DNA of 64,000 nucleotides, from contig OW569353.1 of the NCBI GenBank assembly GCA_937625935.1, forward strand, positions 248,001-312,000, read 5' to 3'. Below are positions 1-10,101 of the stretch, in pieces (the stretch's first letter is position 1; every line of letters begins with the position of its first letter). The notes under the pieces are model-generated. The model did not search any database, was not told the DNA's origin, and saw only the letters and a list, made by a program, of their open reading frames with translations. This DNA comes from Tetramitus jugosus (Eukaryota; Protista; Heterolobosea). The position numbers and the translations under genes were made by a program.

Positions 1-159
1 TTCGGAGCAAGAGGAAGCAGAGAATTGACCTTGAAGCGTAGCGGCGCATAAGTTGCCAGTGCAACATGTACATGTACAGGTTGCAGCAGAGGACACTAAT
101 TCTGGGTGAAGTGAGAGACAGAGAACGACTAACAATAGGAGGTAGAGTATCACCTTCAT
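1..159 (-). CDS. Secreted cysteine-rich protein, N-terminal part (runs off the window start)
   Basis: Manual translation from ATG at 159 gives MKVILYLLLLVVLCLSLHPELVSSAATCTCTCCTGNLCAATLQGQFSASSCSE, a signal peptide followed by a CxCxCC motif. Not in the ORF track. Confidence 0.7.
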   Translation of the reverse strand, partial: MKVILYLLLLVVLCLSLHPELVSSAATCTCTCCTGNLCAATLQGQFSASSCSE

Positions 160-615
160 GGTATAGGTTATTGCTTGGTTAAGGTTTGGTTGTTTTCTGG
201 AGTCTACGAAGCCGGACTTCGTTTTATAGCTCGCACGCAATTCGTGCGTCACATTCCTTTTACCCAACATCGTTACAATGATTGTAATCGTAACTTGAAA
301 GTGCGTCCGGATCTACCACATATCAAGACCATCACGTCACTGTCACATTGCGAAGGAAGCCCGAAAAAAGAAGAGGTGCGAGACCTTCACATTTTCACAT
401 TGGGATTTCCCTCACATCTCATAACGATCCCTACAAAGTGCAGGAGTAGGATCAAAAGGTGGTTCTCCTGCCTGCTACCACCTGTACCACTATTTTTCCA
501 TAGAGTACGTCTGCCTGCAAGTGGGCAACGGACGGTAACTGCGCATCTTGCCACTCGAAGACACAAGACTTCGCAAATACGGGAATCAACAATGTGATCA
601 GTGAGAGAAAGGAGA

Positions 616-1734
616 TCACAATTGTTTGTTCATGAGGAGAGCATCCACATGAATAGTGCGGTAGTAATTGTCTCTCCATACCAGGGTTTTGAAACCTAAT
701 TTGCTGTACAGTTTTTGAGCAGCCCCATTCATCACCGAAACGTGTAGCTTCACCTTGCATGAGCAACGCTTCTCCGATGCAGCCTTGCACATCTTCTTTA
801 GTTGCTTGATTCTTTCCAGATGACTGGTCATGAGAAATTCTCCTATTCCCTTTCTCTGATATGATGAGCTCACTGCTATACTTTCGATATGTCCTAATAA
901 GACAGAAGAATTTTTGCTTTCTCTGACCTTCACCGAAGTGAGAATGTACCCAGCAACTGTATTGTTGGAGTAATCTAAAGCAACGTGGCACATGTATTTG
1001 CCTGCCCATTGGTCATCATCTGAAACATGGACCTTCATTCCCAAGACATGGTTGAAGTATTCTTCATCCATGGCATCTGGTCCAAATAGTTGTTCTTCCA
1101 ACGAAAGAATGCTGGACAACATGCGGTGAGTCAGTGCTTCCAAGTGAAAACCAACGGGGTGGCTATGATTTTTTGCACTAAGCCATCTGTTAGGTGATTG
1201 ACTCGCCCGTAAGTTCTGAGATGGATCATACACCACGTCTGGCAAGAACGGAAGCATAGGACGATACACTCTTCGTCTCATTTTCATAAAACAGTGTTGT
1301 GAATCGTGCAGCAAGTGAGCCTTATAGCCACAACTTTCACACAAGTCATAGTCTACACAATTCACACAACAATATCTTACATCTGTCAACAGAGCACATT
1401 CACACCCATCGCATACAACCTTGTAATGCTCAATTTTCATTGCATGTTCTCTATCAGGGTCATCTATTGATTGTGAGGGAAAAAATTGACTGCATTCTTC
1501 TCTCATAATGGATCTCAAGTGCTTCAACAACGATAATTCACATGGTACTGGTTGAGCCAACGTCAACAACACGTGCCACTTCTGATGTTTCTTGTCCCAG
1601 TTTTCACTGCTCTCCTCACACTGCAAACACAAACGGTACTCAGGGTCACAATCAAGGCAGAGATACCGTGGGCAGTCAGGTAACAAAATTGTGTCACAAC
1701 AGGCACAACGAAATGGAGAAAGATCTGTTCTCAT
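616..1734 (-). CDS. Tandem ZZ-type zinc finger + GNAT (RimI/Naa10-like) acetyltransferase
   Basis: ZZ motifs CACC..RYLCLDC..LCLQC..H..H and CDGC..RYCCVNCVDYDLCESC..H..H. GNAT motifs HIESIAVSSSYQRKGIG and LHVSVMNGAAQKLYSKLGF..NYY. First ATG is at 1734. Confidence 0.85.
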   Translation of the reverse strand: MRTDLSPFRCACCDTILLPDCPRYLCLDCDPEYRLCLQCEESSENWDKKHQKWHVLLTLAQPVPCELSLLKHLRSIMREECSQFFPSQSIDDPDREHAMKIEHYKVVCDGCECALLTDVRYCCVNCVDYDLCESCGYKAHLLHDSQHCFMKMRRRVYRPMLPFLPDVVYDPSQNLRASQSPNRWLSAKNHSHPVGFHLEALTHRMLSSILSLEEQLFGPDAMDEEYFNHVLGMKVHVSDDDQWAGKYMCHVALDYSNNTVAGYILTSVKVRESKNSSVLLGHIESIAVSSSYQRKGIGEFLMTSHLERIKQLKKMCKAASEKRCSCKVKLHVSVMNGAAQKLYSKLGFKTLVWRDNYYRTIHVDALLMNKQL

Positions 1735-1907
1735 TTTTCTGAACTTGCTTGTCACTTGCAAGTGACAAGAGTTCGGGCGATAAAAAATAGTCCTGTTGTT
1801 CGGATCTTGCCAGTTCTTCTTGCTGTCATTCGGAATCGAACTCGTGAGTGACGGCAAAACAACAAACCAAGAGAAAAAACATCAACCAGAAAGCTCAAAA
1901 AAACAGA

Positions 1908-2663
1908 ATGGCGGATCACGACGATCATACCGACACAATAACAGAATATCTTCATTCCAATCTCTTTGGAATTGTCGTAGGAGTAAGTGGAGTAACCATT
2001 GGGGCTTGCTTGTACGCATTGGGAAAGAAGAGAAGCAACTGTACCCGCAGCAGCAGCAACAACATCAAAATTCTTGCCTCCAAGGCAATAGAAGAGGTGG
2101 AACATGCCATCACACAGGAACTTGGCAGAACACAGTCAGAATTTTACCGGGTTTCATCCAGAGAGTATGACAATGAAGACACCAGACAGAATCCTGAGAT
2201 TGTTGTTCAGTTCCAGAAACCAATTGGATCTACAGTGAGCAATTGCTGGAAAAGGAATGATCCGGAATCAGATCCATTTTTTGAGTGTAACATCTCCTAT
2301 GAACACAATATCAATCAATCTGGAGGAGGGTGGGATAGGCTTTATATTGCCTCAGAAAGGTACGATGAAGAATTGGATGCTGTTTCGATGGTTCGTGACA
2401 ATTATGCTCTCGAGGATTTTCAAATGACAGAATTCAAGCGCATGACAGTGTCTGGGACAAAGAATGCTGCCTTGAAAGAGTTAGAGGGATCTGACAAGTA
2501 TATTCTGGTGATGCACGTTCACACCGGTTCTGTTCTCACTCAGGTCCTGCTTGATTTTCCATTGGATGCAGCACTGAACAGAAGCGAGAACGAACAACGA
2601 TATATGAGAGCCAAAGAAAGTATGCTCACCATTGTCAACTCTCTCCAAATTACCTCCAATTGA
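1908..2663 (+). CDS. Hypothetical protein with an N-terminal transmembrane anchor
   Basis: Long ORF with hydrophobic segment LFGIVVGVSGVTIGACLYAL; first ATG at 1908. No family recognised with confidence. Confidence 0.65.
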   Translation: MADHDDHTDTITEYLHSNLFGIVVGVSGVTIGACLYALGKKRSNCTRSSSNNIKILASKAIEEVEHAITQELGRTQSEFYRVSSREYDNEDTRQNPEIVVQFQKPIGSTVSNCWKRNDPESDPFFECNISYEHNINQSGGGWDRLYIASERYDEELDAVSMVRDNYALEDFQMTEFKRMTVSGTKNAALKELEGSDKYILVMHVHTGSVLTQVLLDFPLDAALNRSENEQRYMRAKESMLTIVNSLQITSN

Positions 2664-2895
2664 CAACTGAAAGTCTGTGACATAATGTTGCACAACCAAA
2701 CCAAGGTGTTCCACCACAACGCTGTTCGGAGAATATCTCCTCCCTTCCATTGACAGCCAAGAAGCTCCCCAGATAGGAGAAATCAAAACGCTTGGACCAA
2801 CATCCATCACCAGAAAAAAAAAGGTCGCAAAACCAAAAACAACAAAAAAAAGTTACTCACCCAGGCACAGATTCAAGTAAAAAAAACACGCACAC

Positions 2896-4209
2896 ATGTT
2901 CAGCTTTGGTCACAAAAAATCAACTTCGCCACCGGTGTATACAAACACCAATCTACCCACACCATCATCATCATCAACAACAAACAATAATGATGCTACA
3001 GTCAACAGAAGCTCCAGTCAAAATCGATTGTCTTTCACAAGAGCAGACAATGGATTTGAAATTGTGGACTCACTGCCTAGAACTTCCTCTTTTTCATCCA
3101 ACAATGACAATGACAATAATAATAATAATAGCAACAGGAGGAATAGCAGCAGCAGTCGGAATTTGAACCGAAACAGCAGTGATTCATCATTCATCACATC
3201 CACACCGACAACAACAGAATTAGAAATTGTCGTATTCAAGGATGGATACGAAGAACAATTGTTGCAACAATACGAGAGAGAAGAAATGGAACGGATCCAG
3301 TTGGAGAAGGATGAGGAAGTTCGGTTGAAACAGTTGGATGATGATCGAATCATGGCCAAAGAGATGCAATCCAGATTAAGGATGGAACAGATGCAGGAAC
3401 AAGCTCAACAATTGTCAAACTCCATGTCTTCACCATCGATTGATGATGATGGTGGAATCGTGTCCGACACTGTTCCTTCCAGTTCTTCGTCCCCTGTTGC
3501 TACGATAAGAACACCTACGCCGACAATGTCAGCTGCTGATTCGTACATGGGTAGTAATGGCAGTAGCCCAACAACAATGATGAATGAACAGTATCGTCGC
3601 AAGAGTCTTCCACCTGTGCCTCAAAAGAGAGATTCGCTGACATCACCAGCATCCATGGTGCATCAAGCATCACCATCACCTAACTCTCCACACTTTTCAA
3701 CGGATCAAGAACTCATGCAATATTTGAGTCTGGTAGAGTTGGGACATGAACCATCGAGATGCAAATTTGCTGTAGAGGCATACAGAGGTGACCGAATTCA
3801 AACTCTTGACTGTATCAGTAAATTGAATCAATTGGTCTCGTGGGGATTCCCAGAGCAGAGAGCCCGTGAGGCCATTCTGCTGTGTGATCGCGATTTGAAT
3901 CAATGCTTGGACTATTTGTCAAAGCTACAGCAGCAGGACAATCAATCGCATCATCCCCACCACCACCAAACACCACCTCCATCGTCTACAACTGGTGGTT
4001 CCTATCCTTCCTATGCAGATCAGTCTCATGCAAGCATGAACAGTAGTATCATGATGGATTCAATGACAAACTCTGGCATGTACAATCCACCACCAGCATC
4101 AACGTTGCCATTCCCTTCTTATCCACAGCAACCATATGGCAGTGCCACTTCGTACCCACCTCCTCCAACACAGTACCCACCTTATGGCCGTGGACCTTAT
4201 GGATACTGA
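2896..4209 (+). CDS. Low-complexity protein with tandem UBA-like domains and a Pro/Tyr-rich tail
   Basis: LVELGHEPSRCKFAVEAY and LVSWGFPEQRAREAILLCDRDLNQCLDYL match the UBA pattern. Also has a coiled-coil and N/S-rich tracts. Confidence 0.75.
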   Translation: MFSFGHKKSTSPPVYTNTNLPTPSSSSTTNNNDATVNRSSSQNRLSFTRADNGFEIVDSLPRTSSFSSNNDNDNNNNNSNRRNSSSSRNLNRNSSDSSFITSTPTTTELEIVVFKDGYEEQLLQQYEREEMERIQLEKDEEVRLKQLDDDRIMAKEMQSRLRMEQMQEQAQQLSNSMSSPSIDDDGGIVSDTVPSSSSSPVATIRTPTPTMSAADSYMGSNGSSPTTMMNEQYRRKSLPPVPQKRDSLTSPASMVHQASPSPNSPHFSTDQELMQYLSLVELGHEPSRCKFAVEAYRGDRIQTLDCISKLNQLVSWGFPEQRAREAILLCDRDLNQCLDYLSKLQQQDNQSHHPHHHQTPPPSSTTGGSYPSYADQSHASMNSSIMMDSMTNSGMYNPPPASTLPFPSYPQQPYGSATSYPPPPTQYPPYGRGPYGY

Positions 4210-4307
4210 ACACAATAGTGCGAAACAAAAACAACACACATCCAATTGTATTATCAATCAACAATAAATTATCAAAATGAACTGTTTAATATTTACCAAA
4301 CACAATG

Positions 4308-4967
4308 CTATATTGATTTGCTTTGATTATCATTGCCACTCTTTTCAGCTGCCATCAGAGACCGACTTGTTGCCGTTGTAGATGGAAATAAGCTGAGTTC
4401 AGTTGATAAATGCAGTTTACTGTTCGTTATCAACTGCTGTTGGTTCATTAAGCTCCACTGATTGTCCAACAACCGAACATTATTTCTGTGAGCAAGAAGA
4501 AAAACTGTGCATGTAACAGCACCAATAATACCTCTCTGGAACCACACTCGTCCAAACTTGAGAAAATTACCTGGTCGTAGATTTGCCGTGCTTTTCGGTT
4601 CGAAGAAATGATGAAGAAAAGTTGTAAATCCTCCAAAGGCCAAACAGGTCGCTCCAACACTACTCACTGCCATCCAGGGAGAAGATGGACGTTCTTCGCT
4701 ATCATTTCTCATCACATTTGATTTCCGATTGTAGTTCTGGGTATTTACATTGCTTCTTCTGTCGTCGGTTTGTTGACTACGGTCGTTGACATTGTCATCT
4801 GATGACTTTTCTCGTTTCCTTCGATGTTGTCCTTCCTCAAGGTGCCACCTCTGTATGTGCAATCGATTCTGTAGCTCTTGATTCTCTCGCCTGTAAGCTT
4901 TGAAACTCTGAATAAGAGAACATGCTCCCAGGAATGAAGCAGAAGCAATGGTAATTGTTGTAGCCAT
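4308..4967 (-). CDS. Hypothetical membrane protein
   Basis: 219-aa ATG-initiated ORF with about three hydrophobic segments, followed by an A-rich 3' flank. Confidence 0.6.
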   Translation of the reverse strand: MATTITIASASFLGACSLIQSFKAYRRENQELQNRLHIQRWHLEEGQHRRKREKSSDDNVNDRSQQTDDRRSNVNTQNYNRKSNVMRNDSEERPSSPWMAVSSVGATCLAFGGFTTFLHHFFEPKSTANLRPGNFLKFGRVWFQRGIIGAVTCTVFLLAHRNNVRLLDNQWSLMNQQQLITNSKLHLSTELSLFPSTTATSRSLMAAEKSGNDNQSKSI

Positions 4968-5287
4968 CGATTTTTGTTTCGTTTCAGTTGATTTGATTGA
5001 GACACATCACAAGCGTGGCCACGTATCACTTTATACTTCTGCAAAGCATATTTTGGGTCACCACCGCAAACCAATCGATTTCCCAATCAATTTTTAATTA
5101 GACAACACAACCCGAGCCGATCAGATTAGTTTTCGTTGCGATTCGTTTGCTCATGAAGGTTCAACCGATTGACAAGTGCAATCTTCTGGTCAAGGAGTCG
5201 TAATGGGTCAGACAGACTACCATTTGACCAAAGCTTCCTTTACCTCCTTTCTTTGTGCTCTTTCCAGAAAAAACAACAAAAAGCAGC

Positions 5288-6856
5288 ATGGTAATCATCT
5301 TTCATCGCAAGAACAATCAAAAGCGGAAAACAAAGACTGTTGATCATTTAAATGATCAAGAATTCTTTCAACGTCTCTACGTTCAACAATTGATACCATG
5401 CATGCAAGAAGAGAAGGACTATGTGAGAGCCTATCTCCTCTGTTACTCACTTTTGCCTCATTTGAGCCAATCGCAACGCATATGGATGTACTGGGCCATT
5501 TGCCACGAAAGATTACACATGTTGAATAGTGCGACACGGTGCTGCATCATTGGTCTCCATCTTCATCCGACGTTTGAGCCTCTCATTCGCTACACGATTC
5601 AATTGTTGAAACAAAATGTGAATGTTGTTGTTGCTGCTGCTTCTTCTTCTCGTGCAACAACAAGTGAATCACAACAAGGTCGTTTAGTAAAGAAGAATGA
5701 AAAACAACGTAAAACAACAGAGGAAGAGCAAGAACAAGGGGAAGAGCTAAAAGAAGACGAATCGAGAAAGAAGAAGCGTAAGACAACGCCACGAATGCAG
5801 AAGAAGGACAACCGGAGATCGCCCATTGCAAAAATGACGGACGAGTTGAGAGTGAGACAGTATGCTTTGAATCCGGTTGATTTTGAGCTGTGCTATCACT
5901 ATTTTCGACAAATGATTCACCAGAGGAAACATCGCGATGCATTTATTTTCATGTTAAATTATTTTATGAGACAGTATTTTGTTGAACCAGAGGAGTTGAG
6001 CTCAGGGAGTGATAGTAATAGTTCGAAGGAGGAGAAGAATCCAATTATCATGCTGAACAAAGCAAAACAATATTCGTTGACAAAGAAACGAGCGACCCGG
6101 GAACTGAACCCAATGGAGCTTCAACAATTTAGAACGATAGCGCAACAGTTTGTTGCTGTGGATGAGCCAATTTATGCGATTCATATTTGGCAGTTGGCTA
6201 TATGGTTAGCTCCCGATCAGCCGTCACTTTATTATTCACTGTATGAGATTTACAACAAATTGAACATGTATTTGGATGCATTCAAGGCATTTGCCATGCA
6301 CATTTTTTGCACGAGTATAACGAGGGGTGAAATCGGATCAGATATGGACCTCACAGACTCCAATGCATTTTCTGCTGCTCTAGCGACGAGTAGCACAGGA
6401 TCTGTCGAGCAATATCAAAAATGTGGAGAGTTGCTCGAGAAATGTGAATATTATTCTCACGCACTCTTGGCATACTACCAGTGCCATGTAATGCATGTCA
6501 TGCAAATCGAGCAAGATTCCATGCAAATGCAGGAAGAGGGCATTGACAATTTTGATTCACTAGAGCAAACCGGGAAACTTGCTCCACACTTATCTGATGC
6601 TCTATTGGACGAGTATGAGAATCGAGAACAGTTGGAACAGGACAACTTGAGGGCTTTGCACAAAAAGTATCATTTTCTTTTGTACATTAACAATCATGTC
6701 CTTCCAAAGCTGCTCGAACAACAAAAACAATACAGAGTTATATTGAGCGATCGGGCCAACATTATCATACAACGCATTCTAGCTCATCTGGCCGAGATTG
6801 ATGACATATCTGCCAAACTCAGTAGTAATCCAATCTCACCAAAACATATCAAATAA
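5288..6856 (+). CDS. TPR-like helical repeat protein with basic NLS-like patches
   Basis: TPR-like segments (AIHIWQLAIWLAPDQPSLYYSLYEIYNKLNMYLDAFKAF) and an RKKKRK patch. First ATG at 5288. Confidence 0.7.
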   Translation: MVIIFHRKNNQKRKTKTVDHLNDQEFFQRLYVQQLIPCMQEEKDYVRAYLLCYSLLPHLSQSQRIWMYWAICHERLHMLNSATRCCIIGLHLHPTFEPLIRYTIQLLKQNVNVVVAAASSSRATTSESQQGRLVKKNEKQRKTTEEEQEQGEELKEDESRKKKRKTTPRMQKKDNRRSPIAKMTDELRVRQYALNPVDFELCYHYFRQMIHQRKHRDAFIFMLNYFMRQYFVEPEELSSGSDSNSSKEEKNPIIMLNKAKQYSLTKKRATRELNPMELQQFRTIAQQFVAVDEPIYAIHIWQLAIWLAPDQPSLYYSLYEIYNKLNMYLDAFKAFAMHIFCTSITRGEIGSDMDLTDSNAFSAALATSSTGSVEQYQKCGELLEKCEYYSHALLAYYQCHVMHVMQIEQDSMQMQEEGIDNFDSLEQTGKLAPHLSDALLDEYENREQLEQDNLRALHKKYHFLLYINNHVLPKLLEQQKQYRVILSDRANIIIQRILAHLAEIDDISAKLSSNPISPKHIK

Positions 6857-6998
6857 GACATAACTCTGATTTATGTTTACTCAATTATAATTATTATTTA
6901 TATCGAAAAATAGAGGGCAATAAGTGGAGGAGTAGGCGGCTCTTTGTTGAGAGCACTTGGGGACATGCTAAGCAAACAATGACATCATCAAAGACATT

Positions 6999-7955
6999 CT
7001 ACAAATCATTGTTCTTAATGAACCGATTGCCTTCACTGTGCTTTCCAGTGTACACGTGACGAGTGTAGCCAAAATAGGACGTAGAGCTACTTCCACTGTT
7101 CTGAGTGGCCTCTCCATTTCCCACTGTTGGATCATTGTCAAACTCATCATCCGACTGCACACCACCATCACTCTCCGCACCACCACCATTGTTCTGATAA
7201 CCCATGTACAATTGATCTGCATTGGCAGTCACCACCTTGCAGAATTTACCTCTCTTCTCTGCTTCTTGTCTCTCCTTTGGCGTCACTTGTCTACTATCCA
7301 AAAACTTTAAATTCTTTAGTCGATACAGAACAAACAATCGATGTCTCTGATAATCATCAGTGTCATTACCGGTAAACTCGTTTGGACATGCAGGATTCTT
7401 CAAAATACTCAAATAGTTCAAATTGGGGAAATGTGACTCACAAACGTCCAACAATTGTTCAATGTCACGAATTCGATTATTGTTTAACCAGAGAGTTTCC
7501 AATTGAGGCAACTTTGGCAAATGATTCACTTCTTCAATGTCATTGTTGTCTGCCACGAGTGATTTCAAAAGAGTGAATCGCTCCAAGTTGTCCAATTTAC
7601 TATAGTGTGTTGCGTCATTAGATTACCATTGTCATCATCATCATTTGATCATCAACATAAGAATCACAATGCGCATTCGTATTTTAAAAATGAATGAACG
7701 TTAAATGTCGAATCTCGAGAGAAACAATTGCTCAATAGAGCAGGAAACAAGAACAACATGAACAACAAACAAATGAGATGAACACACATACGTCAAATTA
7801 TTGAAGCTAAAATCAAGTGATTCAATGGAACCTCCGAATCGACCGTGAAGGTCCTTTGGAACTTGGTCCAAGTCTTTGCCTACGAGTGACAAGTGAGTGC
7901 CATTGTTTGACAACTCCAAGCCTTCAAAGATGCTACTAGTGCTGTTGCTTGACAT
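6999..7955 (-). CDS. LRMDA: Leucine-rich repeat protein, LRMDA/C10orf11-like (2 exons)
   Basis: Exons 7955-7792 and 7599-6999; the GT-AG intron joins NNLT/KLDNLE in frame. Has LRRs, an LRRcap (NPAC..YQRHRLFVLYRL..LD) and the family-typical C-terminus YTGKHSEGNRFIKNNDL. Confidence 0.8.
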
Positions 7956-8214
7956 GGTATGTTTTTTAATTGCTGGCTGTGAAGATGGGTGATGTTTTTT
8001 TTCACGGTGTTGTGCGGTGTAATCTGTCTGGCAAATTTCTCCGAGGTGTTTGGTTTGGAATCCAATACGGACATCGTGTGGTATTTTGAATAACTTAGTT
8101 TTATTAACGACAGTACATGTTTTAAAGTGGTAGAGTAGGTGTAGTAGATCTGTTGCTCATTCCTAAGAGCACCAGAAACTGCATACTTTTTGTTGCGTGT
8201 GATTGACCAACAAC

Positions 8215-8744
8215 TTACTTCCATTCGATGGCATAGGTGGTCAAACGTGGTTGATCCACAGCAATGTTTCTCTCAATCTTTTCCAAGATTGGTGTTGCAG
8301 GTGGATTGTTTCTCAACTCCTCCTCAACATACTCATTGTTCACATAGTAACCCACTTGGATAAACTTGTTGTCCTTGTAGGCACAAGTCAACAACAAGAC
8401 AGTTGGTCCAGTAACGTCTTCAGCTGGAATCTTTTCAGCATTTGGTGGGCCACACTTGAAGGCAAATTGGTTGATACCAGCCTTGACTGGTCCAACAGAG
8501 ACAGCATCTAGAGTTTGATCCAAATCCTTGTTTGATCCACTACCAACATAGATCAACTTCCATTCCAAATCTAGTGAAGAGGGGGAGTGAGATAAATGGA
8601 CAATAGTGTGTGAAACGAAAGAGACACAATCATACCTTCTTCCAAGTCTTCAACGACGTCGAAGGAGACTTCGAGTTCGATGTCATCAGTGTACTTTGCT
8701 GGGTTGTTGGCAATCTTGACGCTATTGATCTTAACGAGGGACAT
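8215..8744 (-). CDS. ASF1: Histone H3-H4 chaperone ASF1, core domain only (154 aa, 2 exons)
   Basis: Exons 8744-8636 and 8570-8215. Motifs NNPAKYTD..LEEDLEWKLIYVGS..DQTLDAVSVGP..TVLLLTCAY..VGYYVNNEY..RNI..PRLT. Confidence 0.93.
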
Positions 8745-8910
8745 TGTGTGATAATGCTATGTGTGTTTGTTGCTTTTTCTTTTTGGTTGTTGTTTTTTCA
8801 AGGCGGTTGCAAGCAAGAAATGTTATTGTGGTTTGTTCCAAATTTCCAACGACATAACGACTAGAAAAAAAGGCGGCTAATAAAAGGCGCGAAAACACAC
8901 GGCTGTCCTC

Positions 8911-8914
8911 AAAA
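8911..8914 (-). terminator. RNA Pol III T4 terminator of tRNA-Ser
   Basis: TTTT on the minus strand, 2 nt after the tRNA 3' end. Confidence 0.65.
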
Positions 8915-8916
8915 GC

Positions 8917-8999
8917 CGCGAACTACAGGATTCGAACCTGTGAAGGATCTCTCCCATCTGATTTCGAGTCAGACGCCTTAACCACTCGGCCAAATTCGC
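8917..8999 (-). tRNA. tRNA-Ser(CGA)
   Basis: Reverse complement is GCGAATTTGGCCGAGTGGTTAAGGCGTCTGACTCGAAATCAGATGGGAGAGATCCTTCACAGGTTCGAATCCTGTAGTTCGCG. It has acceptor stem GCGAATT/AGTTCGC, anticodon arm TCTGA-CTCGAAA-TCAGA, a long variable arm, T arm ACAGG-TTCGAAT-CCTGT and discriminator G. Confidence 0.96.
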
Positions 9000-9063
9000 T
9001 TGGATAAAAATAGAAGATTTGTAATAATCACATGCGCTTTGCAAAAAAATAAAAAACGCGAAC

Positions 9064-10101
9064 ATGTCAACACAAGGACCGTCAGTACAGGCGGTAGTTA
9101 TCCGTAGAAGTCAGTATGTCGTATGGACAATGGTTAGTAAGGAAACAGCATTGAAGAGGAACGAGGCAGTGGTCACTGGAAAGTGCAACAATGTGACTCA
9201 CGAAGCAATAGTCAACAAGATTGTGGCTAGTTGCTCTGACTGGGTAGATAGGGTTCAAGTAATGAGAAGGGGCGAGAGTTTCAAAGCATGGATTATTGTC
9301 AAAGGTGACAAAGTGTGGGATTTCATCCAGTGGTTTAATTGCACAAAAGTGTTGAAGGATTCGAAGGCCGCGCCGAATGGCCGCATGAGGGCCAAACATG
9401 ACATTGTGCTGACAGGTGCCGGGAAGGTGAGTATGGAAGAAATTGTAAACTGGGCTGGTAAAGATAAAGTATGCAATGTAGAGATGAAGGGTAACTCAGC
9501 CATTGTATCCACGATGGACTCGTCGTACATAGAGGCACTGCTGGGAAAGGCTCCGATGGCCAACACAAAGACGAGACGTTATGTTCATAAAACATTAGAT
9601 CCGGTTGAACAACTCAAGAGAACTGTAAGTCAATTGCAGGAAGAGTTGAACAAAATGACAGACCACATCAAGAGGAGTGTAGAGGAAATTAGAGGACTTA
9701 AGAGTGAGATGATGAGAATGAGGGTGAGGGTGAGCAAAATCACTCGAGAGAACACAAGCGGCACGAGGACTGATGGCCAAGCAAATGTCGATTTGACGGT
9801 ACAGAGCCAAACACAGAATGACATGCAAGATGAGGTTCCAGTAAGCACTCCAATATCGCAAGTCAAGGGGAGAGGAAGATCTACGAGTGAGCCTGTGGTC
9901 GATAAAGGACAGACCAAACTCACAGACTATGCAGTATCTAGGGCTGAAATACGAAGAGGGAAGAAGAGAGAAGCCAGTGCGATTGAGGAAGAAGTAATAC
10001 AGAGGAAGGTGATACTAACAAACTCTCCAGGAGGTACTGTCCAGGTTAACAAAGCACAGCAACATTCTGTGCTCAGAGAGGAAATGCCACGGAGCCAATG
10101 A
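9064..10101 (+). CDS. Retrotransposon ORF1 protein (coiled-coil, putative nucleic-acid chaperone)
   Basis: 345-aa ORF immediately before ORF2, overlapping it by ATGA. Heptad segment VEQLKRTVSQLQEELNKMTDHIKRSVEEIRGLKSEM. No CCHC knuckle seen. Confidence 0.85.
   Translation: MSTQGPSVQAVVIRRSQYVVWTMVSKETALKRNEAVVTGKCNNVTHEAIVNKIVASCSDWVDRVQVMRRGESFKAWIIVKGDKVWDFIQWFNCTKVLKDSKAAPNGRMRAKHDIVLTGAGKVSMEEIVNWAGKDKVCNVEMKGNSAIVSTMDSSYIEALLGKAPMANTKTRRYVHKTLDPVEQLKRTVSQLQEELNKMTDHIKRSVEEIRGLKSEMMRMRVRVSKITRENTSGTRTDGQANVDLTVQSQTQNDMQDEVPVSTPISQVKGRGRSTSEPVVDKGQTKLTDYAVSRAEIRRGKKREASAIEEEVIQRKVILTNSPGGTVQVNKAQQHSVLREEMPRSQ

Noticed and set aside
175-597. 140-aa plus-strand ORF
   Set aside because: Non-ATG start, no motifs, and it lies in the promoter of the minus-strand secreted gene.
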